This document shows positions 18,994-28,040 of a DNA stretch of 31,114 nt, in pieces (position 1 is the stretch's first letter; each line of letters opens with the position of its first letter). The stretch is taken from assembly GCA_044222065.1 (NCBI GenBank), contig JBGAOA010000050.1:1-31114 (forward strand), given 5' to 3'. Under the pieces are notes generated by a model. That model saw only the letters and a list, made by a program, of their open reading frames with translations, did not search any database and was not told the DNA's origin. The DNA comes from Candidatus Eiseniibacteriota bacterium. Its GTDB lineage: Bacteria > Eisenbacteria > RBG-16-71-46. The position numbers were made by a program, and so were the translations under genes.

Positions 18994-21803
18994 TGCAGCA
19001 CGACGAGGCGCACGGCCTCGCTTCCGGCGTGGCGCTCGCGGGCGAACAGCACGCCCGCGGGCAGCCGTTCGACCTCGGCGCGCTCGAGCCGCGCGCGACC
19101 GTTCGCGTCGAACGGCGTGCTCGCGAGGCGGCGTCCCGCGAGGTCGAACACGTCGAGCCAGCGCGCGCCGGCGCGCGCCGAGCGCGCGAGCAGGACGTCG
19201 CCCGGGCGGAGCGGATTGGGGCCGATCGCCAGCGCCGAGCGCGCTGGCGCCGGCGGTTCGGCGACGGCGGTGAGCGACGGCGGATCGAGCTTGCGCTCGC
19301 GCTGCGCCAGTCGAGTTCCGCCCGACGACGCGCGCGAGTAGAGCGTCGTGACGTTGCCTGCGCTCTCGACTGCGAGCGCCGGCCGGCTGATGTCGTCGTC
19401 AGAGTCCGGCGTGACCTCGGTGCTCAGGAGGTCCCAGCCGCGTCCGGCCACGCGGCGCTTGTAGTAGGCCTGCGGGTGAGCGCCGCGCAGCGCGAGGTAG
19501 GACAGGTGGAGGTCGCCGTCGGCGCCCGCGACGAGCGAGAAGTCTTGGGCCGAGCCCGTGACGAACTCGATCAAGGTGTCCGGCGTGGCGATCGGGCCGC
19601 TCAGCGGCCGGCGCTCGTAATGCAGTTCGACCTGCGAGGACGTCGTCGCGGTCCACACCGCGTGAAACGTGTTGGCGGCATCGAACGTCGTCGCGAACGA
19701 CGACTGGGCGCCCGTCGGGGGAAGGGTGAGCGGAAGGCGCGCGCTCAGGCCGCTGTCGGGCGAGAAGCGCGCGAAGAAGAGCCGCGGCAGCGGTGTCGAG
19801 CGATCTGACCACACGACGTGCGAACGTCCGAGGGCGGACGCGACTGCGACCGTGGGATTTCCCGGGAAGTCGGTCGGCTGCGAGGCGCGGATCGGCTGCC
19901 CGAACGGCGAGAGGTACAGGAAGCGCATGAAGTACACGCTCGGCAGATCGCTCTGCAGGTTGAGCCACACGAGGTGGATGCGACCGTCGTCGTCGGCGCC
20001 GATCGAGGGCGAGAGGTTGTCGCCCGCGAGCGACTCGACGCCGGTCTCGGCGAGCCATGTCCCGGCGACCCGCGCTCGATAGCGGATGTGGCCTCGCCCG
20101 CCGACGACGTCGCTCCACACGACCGCGACGTCGCCGCCGGGAAGGCTCGTGACGGCGGGATCGAGCGCCGCCGTACGGCTCGAGCTCAAGACCACGGGCG
20201 GCAGCCAGGTGCTGCCGACGCGCTCGCGGAGCACGATCTGCGGGCGTCCGCCCACGAACTCGCTCTTCACGAATCGCAGCCGGCCGGCCGCGTCACGCGC
20301 GAGCTCGGGCCCGCTGCTCGCGCGTTCGGCCGGCGCGAACTCCGTTCCCGTGACGGCGGACTCGGACTGCCACCCCGGCGCCTGGACGCGCGCGTCGAAT
20401 CGCGAGGCGGCGCCGGTCCAGAGGATGTTCTCGAGCGCCACTTGCGTGACCGCGCCCTCGAACGTGCGCGTGCTCGGACGGGTCGCGTCGTTCCACGCGA
20501 AGCGTCCTCCGAGGCCCGGGAACGGATCGTACGCGTCTCCGCGGTTGCGTCCGACGACCATGTCGCTGTCGCCGTCCGCCTCGACGACCCACAGGCCGGG
20601 CGAGCCGCCCGCATTGACGCGGTTCGTCGAGATCCGTTGTCCGATCGCGGCATCGTCGAGATGCGTCACGATCAACCCCTCGTACTGGACGTTCCGGTCG
20701 AAGCCGCTGCGGGCACGGGATTCGAGCAGGAAGTGCTCGGGGCTCGACTCGCCCTGGAACCACAGCTCGACGAGGTCGCCGCCGTCGCCGAGCGGCGCGA
20801 GCGTCAGGGTGGTGTCGCGCTCGGGGCGGAGCGTCTGACGCCAGCCGAGGAACAGCGAGCACCAGCCGCCGGGATGCGTGGGCGACTCGGGCGTCGTGCT
20901 GTTGCCGCCGTATCCGCCGGTGGACATGAGCGACCAATTCCCGGGGCCGACGTTGCTCGCGCCGCCGAGCGTGCTCGTGTCGTAGAGGTCGGGCAGGCCG
21001 AGCGCGTGTCCGAATTCGTGGCAGAACACGCCGATCTCGGCGCGCGCCCCGGGATGGAAACCCGAGAGCTCGGGCACGGTCGAGAAGCGATCGATGCGGA
21101 AGCGCAGCGTCGTCGAGCCCGGGACGATCTGGGACGTCACGAACGCGCCGCCGTTCCGCCAGCCCGCCGACAGCCGCGACGTGAAGGACCAGATGTCGTC
21201 GCGCTGCTGAGACGTTTCCGACCCCTCACCCGCGTGCAGAACCCACAGCATGTCCACGTATCCGTCGCGGTCGCGATCGAACGGCGCCCAGTCCACGCTC
21301 GTGTGGCAGAGCGAGAGCGCGTCCACGATCATTCCGTACGAGTTGTTCGGCGTGGACGTGAAGGCGAGTCCGTACGAACCGGAGGCGTAGTAGTGCCGGT
21401 CGAACGGGAGGTTCACGACCGCGACGACCCGCCCCTTGACCCGCATCCGTCCGCCCGAGGCCCACTGGTAGTACTCGGTGAGCGAGCCGAACGGATTCGC
21501 GCCCGTGGTGTCGAACAGCGCGCTCTCGAACGTAGCGGCGGAGTAAGTGAGCGGCGCGTCCGAGAAGCCGACCATCACGATCGGAACTTGCCAGGCCGTC
21601 ACCGTGCCGTTCGTCGAAGTCGGGAGCGCGCCCGGCGGCGCGGCGGCGACGTCGAAGAGCCCGGCCGAGAAGCCGTCCAGCACGGGGGGCGCGACTCCGC
21701 CGCCCGGAAGCGGCATCGTGGCCTCGGAAGCGCCGGGGAAGGCGAGTACGGCGCACAGGACGAGGGCGCACAGCGGGCGCCCGAAGGCACGGCGAAGAAC
21801 CAC
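18990..21803 (-). CDS. M6 family (immune inhibitor A-like) metalloprotease with a C-terminal propeller-like repeat region and T9SS/FlgD-type sorting domain
   Basis: Signal peptide, GSLTEYYQWASGG, FDRDRDGYVD, HAGEG, CHEFGHALGLPDLYD, WSLMSTG. C-terminal PNP...LDVFDLAGRRL...LPAGVLF...RLVVLH. Confidence 0.9.
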   Translation of the reverse strand: MVLRRAFGRPLCALVLCAVLAFPGASEATMPLPGGGVAPPVLDGFSAGLFDVAAAPPGALPTSTNGTVTAWQVPIVMVGFSDAPLTYSAATFESALFDTTGANPFGSLTEYYQWASGGRMRVKGRVVAVVNLPFDRHYYASGSYGLAFTSTPNNSYGMIVDALSLCHTSVDWAPFDRDRDGYVDMLWVLHAGEGSETSQQRDDIWSFTSRLSAGWRNGGAFVTSQIVPGSTTLRFRIDRFSTVPELSGFHPGARAEIGVFCHEFGHALGLPDLYDTSTLGGASNVGPGNWSLMSTGGYGGNSTTPESPTHPGGWCSLFLGWRQTLRPERDTTLTLAPLGDGGDLVELWFQGESSPEHFLLESRARSGFDRNVQYEGLIVTHLDDAAIGQRISTNRVNAGGSPGLWVVEADGDSDMVVGRNRGDAYDPFPGLGGRFAWNDATRPSTRTFEGAVTQVALENILWTGAASRFDARVQAPGWQSESAVTGTEFAPAERASSGPELARDAAGRLRFVKSEFVGGRPQIVLRERVGSTWLPPVVLSSSRTAALDPAVTSLPGGDVAVVWSDVVGGRGHIRYRARVAGTWLAETGVESLAGDNLSPSIGADDDGRIHLVWLNLQSDLPSVYFMRFLYLSPFGQPIRASQPTDFPGNPTVAVASALGRSHVVWSDRSTPLPRLFFARFSPDSGLSARLPLTLPPTGAQSSFATTFDAANTFHAVWTATTSSQVELHYERRPLSGPIATPDTLIEFVTGSAQDFSLVAGADGDLHLSYLALRGAHPQAYYKRRVAGRGWDLLSTEVTPDSDDDISRPALAVESAGNVTTLYSRASSGGTRLAQRERKLDPPSLTAVAEPPAPARSALAIGPNPLRPGDVLLARSARAGARWLDVFDLAGRRLASTPFDANGRARLERAEVERLPAGVLFARERHAGSEAVRLVVLH

Positions 21804-21940
21804 GTGGCTCCGAGAGATCCGGTCGGTCGGGTGAAGCCCGGTGACGCGAATATAGCGCGATCGCGTCCGAGGTCCACGAAGATTGCGCCCGACGCGGGTG
21901 CTTCGCCCCTCGTCGCAGCGTGTGCTAGCGTGCGCCCAAC

Positions 21941-23206
21941 GTGCGAAATCCGCAGGTCATACGCGCCGTGATCCGCGTCATCGGGCTGGCCCTCCTCGCC
22001 GCCGTCGCGGCCGCCCCGAGGGAGATTCGGGCCGACGATCAGGCCCCGCTCCGTTCCGAGAGTCCGCCTTTCTTCCATGCCGACCTCGCGATCGCCCTGG
22101 ATTCGACCGGCACGCCGAGCGTCGGGGTCGCGATCAACGTCTCGTTCTCGGAATTCCAGTGGGTGAAGGCCGGGGACGCCTTCGCCTCGGCCGCCGAGTT
22201 CACGGTCAGCCTCGAGTCGCGCCGCCACCGCATCTTCGGCGGCACGTGGGAGCGGCGGATCTCGGTCGGGAGCTTCGAGGCCACCCGCTCGTCGCTCTCG
22301 ACGTTCGCCGAGCGCCGGAGCTTCCCGGTTCCGCCGGGCGATTACGACGTTCGCATCACGGTGAGCGACCGCAACGGCGAGCAGTCGGCGCTCGCCCGAG
22401 GCGCGATCGAGGTGCCGGACTTCGACAAGGCCCCCGTGGGCTTCGCCGCGCTCGAACTCGGCACCGTGGACAGTACCGGCGCGTTCGTGCTCAGTCCTTC
22501 GCGCGAGTTCGGCATCGAGGTCAAGTCGCTCGCGGCGCGCGTCACGATCTTCGACCGGCGCGGCGGGGACTGGCCACGCGACTACCCGATCCGCTACCGG
22601 CTGCTCGACGATCGCGGCGAGGAGTTGCTCAAGGGCGCGAGTTCGCTCCACGCCGGGCGTTCGGGCGAGCCCGCGATGCTCAGGCCTTCGAACACGAACT
22701 TCTTCGTGGGCAGCTACACGCTCGAGATCGAGCTGCTCGAAACGAAGTCCAAGCTCAGGATCTCGCGCTCCTTCGAGGTCGAAGAAAGCGGTCCGCCGCA
22801 GGGACGCGAATTCGAACGCATGCTCGAGCCGCTCGCCTACATCGCGGACTCGCGTGAGATCGACATCCTGCGAGCCCTGCCTGCGGAAGAACAGGCGCGC
22901 GGCTGGGAGGAGTTCTGGAAGCGGCGCGATCCGACGCCCGAGACCGTTCGCAACGAGGCGATGCTCGAGTTCCTGCGCCGGGTGAGCTACGCCGACCGGC
23001 ACTTCCAGGGCTTCGGCCCCGGCTGGCGCTCCGACATGGGACGCGTCTACATCAAGCACGGACCGCCGGATCAGACCGAGTCGCGACCGGCGACGGCGCA
23101 GACGCCCCAACTCGAGATCTGGTACTACGGCCAGCCCTACCGGCGCTTCGTGTTCGCGGATCGCGAGGGTTTCGGCCGCTACGTGCTCGTGTCGCCGGTC
23201 GAATGA
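21941..23206 (+). CDS. GWxTD domain-containing exported protein
   Basis: Signal peptide, FWKRRDPTPETVRNE, RVSYADRHF, GWRSDMGRVYIKHGPPD, EIWYY, FVFAD. The start could be GTG 21968. Confidence 0.88.
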   Translation: MRNPQVIRAVIRVIGLALLAAVAAAPREIRADDQAPLRSESPPFFHADLAIALDSTGTPSVGVAINVSFSEFQWVKAGDAFASAAEFTVSLESRRHRIFGGTWERRISVGSFEATRSSLSTFAERRSFPVPPGDYDVRITVSDRNGEQSALARGAIEVPDFDKAPVGFAALELGTVDSTGAFVLSPSREFGIEVKSLAARVTIFDRRGGDWPRDYPIRYRLLDDRGEELLKGASSLHAGRSGEPAMLRPSNTNFFVGSYTLEIELLETKSKLRISRSFEVEESGPPQGREFERMLEPLAYIADSREIDILRALPAEEQARGWEEFWKRRDPTPETVRNEAMLEFLRRVSYADRHFQGFGPGWRSDMGRVYIKHGPPDQTESRPATAQTPQLEIWYYGQPYRRFVFADREGFGRYVLVSPVE

Positions 23207-24015
23207 CGCGCGCCGCGGGCTTCGGAGTCGTCTCGATCGCGTCGCTCGACGTGCGGCGCAAGCCGGAGCACCGCGCCGAGATGACGAGCCAGCTCCTGCT
23301 CGGCGAGATCGTGCGCCTCGGACGCCGGGCGGGCTCGGGCTGGGTATCGATCGAGAACGAGCGGGACGGCTACTCGGGTTGGGTGCGGGACTGGGGGATC
23401 GTGCCGTGCTCCCGCGCGCGCGCCGCCCGCTGGGCCGGACTCGCCCGCCACAGGGTTCGGGAAGCGGTCGCCCATGCCACGGCCGAGCGGACGGGCGGTG
23501 CGGTCGTGAGCCCTCTCTTCTGGAACAGCGTCGTGATCGCCGAGCGCCGGCAGGGAGGGCGGTCCCGAGTCGAACTCCCGGATGGCCGGCGAGGGTGGAT
23601 CGCGTCCGGAGTGCTCGCGGAGCACTCGGCCCGGCCTCCCTTCCTGCTCGATCGCGTCTTGTCCCTGATGGGAGTTCCGTACCTCTGGGGAGGGCGCACG
23701 CCCGCGGGGTTCGACTGCTCGGGTCTCGTGCAGCAGGTGCTCTGGGAGCAGGGACTGCGCGTCCCGAGGGACGCGGCAGAACAGCTGCGAGCCAGCACGC
23801 CGCTACGCGACTGGCGCGAGGCGGGCCCCGGCGACCTCGCCTTCTTCGGAGTGCCGGGGGAGCGGGTCAGCCACGTCGGACTGATGCTCGGTGATGGCCT
23901 TTACCTGCACGCGCGCGGAATGGTCCGGCTCGCGTCGCTCCATCGCTACAATCCGCTTTGCGACAATCAATTGCTTCGCCAGTTCCGAGTGGCCGGAAAA
24001 CTTGGCGCGGAGTAG
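23203..24015 (+). CDS. SH3-domain NlpC/P60 (C40) peptidase, YkfC/dipeptidyl-peptidase VI-like
   Basis: SQLLLGE..DGYSGWV and VELPDGRRGWI (SH3b-like), PYLWGGRTPAGFDCSGL, PRDA, SHVG, LHA catalytic motifs. ATGA overlap with the GWxTD gene. Confidence 0.9.
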   Translation: MTRAAGFGVVSIASLDVRRKPEHRAEMTSQLLLGEIVRLGRRAGSGWVSIENERDGYSGWVRDWGIVPCSRARAARWAGLARHRVREAVAHATAERTGGAVVSPLFWNSVVIAERRQGGRSRVELPDGRRGWIASGVLAEHSARPPFLLDRVLSLMGVPYLWGGRTPAGFDCSGLVQQVLWEQGLRVPRDAAEQLRASTPLRDWREAGPGDLAFFGVPGERVSHVGLMLGDGLYLHARGMVRLASLHRYNPLCDNQLLRQFRVAGKLGAE

Positions 24016-24058
24016 CTCGCCTGTGCCTTTCGGCAATCGGGCAGGGGGGAGAAACGGC

Positions 24059-24088
24059 TTGACAAGGTTTCGGTTGCTTTCCTACCTT
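24059..24088 (+). promoter_or_regulatory. Putative sigma70 promoter of the outer-membrane protein gene
   Basis: Perfect TTGACA (24059-24064), 18-nt spacer, TACCTT (24083-24088), in a low-GC intergenic region. Confidence 0.65.
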
Positions 24089-24315
24089 GCCCCGGGCGTT
24101 CGCCAGGATCCTTCTTAACCGGGGGATGGTCCTGGCTTTTTCGTGTGCCTCATCCCACGGACGGAATGAGGCTATTGCCATGCTGAGAAAAAGAAGACGG
24201 CATGAAAGGAGGTGGGGCTTCGGACCAAACCGCGTTGTAGTGAACAAGCCACGAACCGGCTTTTGTTCCGCACCGTGGCAGTCTTAGCTCTCTCTTGCCA
24301 AGGAGGCATTTCAGA

Positions 24316-25632
24316 ATGTTTTCGAATTCGAAGCGTTGGTTTGCCGCTGTGGCGCTCATGCTGGCGCTCCCGGTCGTGGCGAATGCCCAGACCTCGCGCG
24401 TCGAGGGCATGGCCCTTCAGGGCGACTACATCAAGGACTACACGGCGATCTACGGCTGGCCCTCGCAGCTGACGAGCGTCGGCAACCTGATCTATGCCGA
24501 AGTCGGCAACAACCTCTTCAACTCGAACACGGGCTACCCCAACACGGCGGATCGCGCCATGGGTGCGGTGCTCGGCAACCTCTGGGAAGGCCGCTTCGGC
24601 ACGTGGGCGATCCACCTGCGTGAAGAGGCTCCGGCGCTCGGCCAGGGCGACAACTTCGGCCAGCCGAACCCGGGTCTCGCCGGTGGCGACCCGAATGAAA
24701 ACACGAGCGAGTCGTTCGACATCATGTGGGGCAAGAAGTTCGGAACCACGAGCCTCGGCCTCCGCATCAACCGTTCGTTCTTCAAGAACGAGCTGACCGT
24801 TCCGGGCGTCACCACGACGCTCGAGTTCGACCCGTTCTCGGGCGGCGGCGATGAGAACTTCGCCCGCAACGTCATGGGCTACGGCGCCGGCCTCGGCTTC
24901 GAAGTGAACCCGCAGACGTCGCTCGAATTCTCGTTCCTCTACCAGGCCCGCACGTTCGAGAACTCGACGAACACGGGCACCCCGGCGACCTCGTTCGTCT
25001 ACGAGGACGACGGTCCGGCGTCGTACATGGCGGCGGCCCGCGCGATGTGGCAGTGGACGTCGAACTGCCAGGTCATGCCGGTGTTCAAGTGGTACTCCTA
25101 CGACCTGTCGATCACGCAGAACGCGGGCGGCACGGTCACGTCGGCGTCGAACAAGCTGAGCGGCTGGCAGCTCGGCGCGGCGGGCAACTGGCAACTGGGC
25201 TCGAACGACCTGTTCGTCCTCGGCCTCACGTTCGCTCAGAACAAGGTCGAGCAGGAAGCCGACATCTTCGGCCTCGCTGGCGCGCTCGGCTGGGACCAGA
25301 ACGAGAACTTCGAGGCGACCGAGTCGCTGACGCCGCAGGTGTTCGCGGCGCTCGAGACCCACGTCAACCCCTGGCTCACGCTCCGTTTCGGCGCGAACAA
25401 GGGCGCGATCTCGAAGCTGAAGGCGGAAGGCACGGACGGTGGCCCGGGCAACCCGGTGAGCACCGAGACCAGCCTGTCGACGTTCAACATGAACATCGGC
25501 GCCGGCGTCAAGGTCGGCACGCTCCAGTTCGATGCGATTCTGGCGAACAACTTCTACCAGAACCTCGGCTGGGTGGGCTCGGGAATCAATCAGTCGTACT
25601 TCCCGAAGGTCACCGCGACGTACTCGTTCTAA
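24316..25632 (+). CDS. Outer-membrane beta-barrel protein, probable major porin-like OMP
   Basis: AGGAGG RBS (24301-24306), signal peptide ending ANA-Q, alternating amphipathic strands, C-terminal beta-signal KVTATYSF. Asn/Gly/Thr/Phe-rich, unlike its Ala/Arg-rich neighbours. Has its own promoter and terminator. Confidence 0.85.
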   Translation: MFSNSKRWFAAVALMLALPVVANAQTSRVEGMALQGDYIKDYTAIYGWPSQLTSVGNLIYAEVGNNLFNSNTGYPNTADRAMGAVLGNLWEGRFGTWAIHLREEAPALGQGDNFGQPNPGLAGGDPNENTSESFDIMWGKKFGTTSLGLRINRSFFKNELTVPGVTTTLEFDPFSGGGDENFARNVMGYGAGLGFEVNPQTSLEFSFLYQARTFENSTNTGTPATSFVYEDDGPASYMAAARAMWQWTSNCQVMPVFKWYSYDLSITQNAGGTVTSASNKLSGWQLGAAGNWQLGSNDLFVLGLTFAQNKVEQEADIFGLAGALGWDQNENFEATESLTPQVFAALETHVNPWLTLRFGANKGAISKLKAEGTDGGPGNPVSTETSLSTFNMNIGAGVKVGTLQFDAILANNFYQNLGWVGSGINQSYFPKVTATYSF

Positions 25633-25645
25633 GCCGAACGAATCG

Positions 25646-25683
25646 AACGGCGGAGGAGCGCAAGCTCCTCCGCCGTTTCGTTT
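25646..25683 (+). terminator. Intrinsic terminator of the OMP gene
   Basis: Perfect 14-bp stem AACGGCGGAGGAGC / GCTCCTCCGCCGTT with a GCAA tetraloop, then TCGTTT. Confidence 0.85.
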
Positions 25684-25718
25684 GCGCCCGCGCGCGCACG
25701 AATCCGCACGGCCGCCGA

Positions 25719-25757
25719 CACGAAGGGCGCCCGCCTCGCGGCGGACGCCCGTTCGTG
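25719..25757 (-). terminator. Probable terminator of gdh
   Basis: Minus strand GGGCGTCCGCC-GCGA-GGCGGGCGCCC-TTCGTGT, ~40 nt after the gdh stop. The G-U pair and GNRA loop work on the minus strand. Confidence 0.6.
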
Positions 25758-25797
25758 CTCCCGGTCCTCTCGAACGCGGCGCGAGCGCCGCGCCCCT

Positions 25798-27069
25798 CTA
25801 CGCGTAAACGCCGCGCAGCTGAATCACCTTCACGACGCGTTCGATCGCGACCATGAACGCGGCGACGCGCAGCGAGGCCTTCTTCTCGACGGACTCGCGC
25901 AGCACGTCCTGGAACGCGCGGACCATGTACTGCTCGAGGCGATCGTTGACCTCGTTCTCGGGCCAGTAGAAGCCCATGCGGTTCTGGACCCACTCGAAGT
26001 AGGACACCGTGACGCCGCCCGAATTGCAGAGGATGTCGGGGATCACGTAGACGCCCTTCGATTCGAGGATCTTGTCCGCGTCCGGCGTCGTCGGCCCGTT
26101 CGCGCCTTCGGCGACGATTTTCGCCTTCACGCGGTCCGCGTTCTCGGCCGTGATCTGGTTCTCGAGCGCGGCGGGAACGAGGATGTCGCAGTCCACCTCG
26201 ATGATGGAGGTCGTGAGCGCCTGGCCGCCGGGGAAGCCCTTCACGCCCTTGTTCTTCGTGGTCCAGTCGAGCAGCGCCGCCACGTCGAGGCCGTCCGGGT
26301 TGTGGACCGCGCCGGTCACGTCGGACGCCGCCACGATCTTCGCGCCCTCGAGCCGGTGCAGCAGGTCGGCCGAGACCGAACCGACGTTTCCGAAGCCCTG
26401 CACCGCCACGCGCGCCCCCTTGAGCGGCATGTTCAGGTGCTTGCACATCTCGCGCACGCAGAACATGACGCCGCGGCCCGTGGCCTCGCGGCGGCCCAGC
26501 GAACCGCCGACCTCGAGCGGCTTGCCGGTCACGACCGCGTATTCGGTGCGGCGCTCGTTCATCGAGTACGTGTCCACGATCCACGCCATCACCTGGTCGT
26601 TCGTGTTCACGTCCGGCGCGGGCACGTCCTGCTCGGGTCCGAACAGGTCCGAGAGGTCCGCCGCGTAACGGCGGGTCAGGCGCTCGACCTCGCCCTTCGA
26701 CATCTTGGTCGGGTCACACTGGATGCCGCCCTTGCCGCCGCCGTACGGGATGTTCACGACCGCGCACTTCCACGTCATCCACGCGGCGAGCGCTTCGACC
26801 TCGTGGAGCGTCACGTCGGGGTGGTAGCGGATGCCGCCCTTCGCAGGGCCGCGGACGATCGAGTGCTGGACGCGGTAGCCGGTGAAAACGCGGATCGAAC
26901 CGTCGTCCATGGCGACGGGCAGCGAGACGATCGTGGCGCGACGGGCGCGCTTGATCATCTCCTTGATGCCCGGATCGAGCTTCAGCCGGGCGGCCGCTTC
27001 CTCGAACTGGCGCTGGGCGTTCTCGAGCGGGTTCAACTCCTTCTGACTGTTCACGCCTACGGCGGACAT
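25798..27069 (-). CDS. gdhA: Glutamate dehydrogenase (Glu/Leu/Phe/Val dehydrogenase family)
   Basis: GGAGG RBS. GYRVQH, GPAKGGIRYHP, MTWKCA, GGGKGG, DVPAPDVNT, VQGFGNVG, EGANGP, GGVTVSYFEWVQN. Confidence 0.95.
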   Translation of the reverse strand: MSAVGVNSQKELNPLENAQRQFEEAAARLKLDPGIKEMIKRARRATIVSLPVAMDDGSIRVFTGYRVQHSIVRGPAKGGIRYHPDVTLHEVEALAAWMTWKCAVVNIPYGGGKGGIQCDPTKMSKGEVERLTRRYAADLSDLFGPEQDVPAPDVNTNDQVMAWIVDTYSMNERRTEYAVVTGKPLEVGGSLGRREATGRGVMFCVREMCKHLNMPLKGARVAVQGFGNVGSVSADLLHRLEGAKIVAASDVTGAVHNPDGLDVAALLDWTTKNKGVKGFPGGQALTTSIIEVDCDILVPAALENQITAENADRVKAKIVAEGANGPTTPDADKILESKGVYVIPDILCNSGGVTVSYFEWVQNRMGFYWPENEVNDRLEQYMVRAFQDVLRESVEKKASLRVAAFMVAIERVVKVIQLRGVYA

Positions 27070-27156
27070 GAGTGCCTCCGATGGGGCTGGCGCTGCGACG
27101 CACAGGCTCTGGCGCGAGCGGCGGCGTCGAGGACGGCGAGGGCGAAAAACCGCGGC

Positions 27157-27186
27157 AGTATAGGGCGGGCCGAAACGCCGCAACAA
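27157..27186 (-). promoter_or_regulatory. Putative sigma70 promoter of gdh
   Basis: TTGTTG-N18-TATACT on the minus strand, ~90 nt upstream of the ATG. Confidence 0.55.
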
Positions 27187-27275
27187 CAATTCCGCGCGCC
27201 CGGCGAACGGCTGCGAGGGCGCTGTGGGACGCCGGGAAGTCGGGCAAGAACACCGGCTTCCCGGGCCGGGCCCGA

Positions 27276-28040
27276 TCAGCGGTAGATCTGCTTCGCTCGC
27301 CCGAACGTGACGTCGTATCGGCGCACCTGCGCCGAGGCGGGCAGCGCGCCGCGGGCCGTCGCAGCGCCCCCGCGGACGCCGCTCGAGGCCGCGAGCGACC
27401 GCTGTGCGCGCGCCTGCGCGATCGAACTCCCGAGCGTGTAGTCCTCCCAGCGCTCAATCCACCAGCGCGTCGAGTCGGGGCCGAATCGCGAGCGCAGCTC
27501 ATCGGGGATGAGCGCCGAGTCGCCGCGCACGACGAAGAACGTCACCGAACCCTGGACGTTCAGCTGCTCGTCCTCGTTTTCGATCGCGAGCCGCACCTGC
27601 GTCGTGATCGAGCGGTGCCACTTGGGGTTCTTGCCGACGCGCGAGTCGTCCTGATCCACGAGCGTCGGATCGAGCGACAGGTCTACGCGCGTCGCCGGCG
27701 GCCGCGTGGCCGAGCCGCTCACGAACGCGTTCTGAGCGATGATGAGTTCGTCCTCGCGCGTCGAAAAACCGTCGCGATAGGAGTTGCCCGAGGTGTCGCC
27801 GACGGCGAACTGGAAGCGGAAGTCGTCGGTGAAGATCTCGCGGTACTCGTTCACGGAGCGGTTGTTCCAGCACCACTCGAACAGCCGGATCACGCCCGAC
27901 GGCGACGACGGCGTGGGCGGGGGCGAGGCATTGCCGAGTCCCGAGTCCACGCGCGGGGCGAACGGATTGACGCAGCCGGAGACGGCGATCAGCGCGACCG
28001 CGGCCGGCAGCCAGCTTCGAATCAACTGGGAAGCGCTCAT
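27276..28040 (-). CDS. Hypothetical lipoprotein (possible NTF2/SnoaL-like fold)
   Basis: ATG at 28040 overlapping the upstream TGA. Lipobox AVSG-C followed by VNPFAP; YREIFTDDFRFQF; WWIERWED. Confidence 0.8.
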   Translation of the reverse strand: MSASQLIRSWLPAAVALIAVSGCVNPFAPRVDSGLGNASPPPTPSSPSGVIRLFEWCWNNRSVNEYREIFTDDFRFQFAVGDTSGNSYRDGFSTREDELIIAQNAFVSGSATRPPATRVDLSLDPTLVDQDDSRVGKNPKWHRSITTQVRLAIENEDEQLNVQGSVTFFVVRGDSALIPDELRSRFGPDSTRWWIERWEDYTLGSSIAQARAQRSLAASSGVRGGAATARGALPASAQVRRYDVTFGRAKQIYR

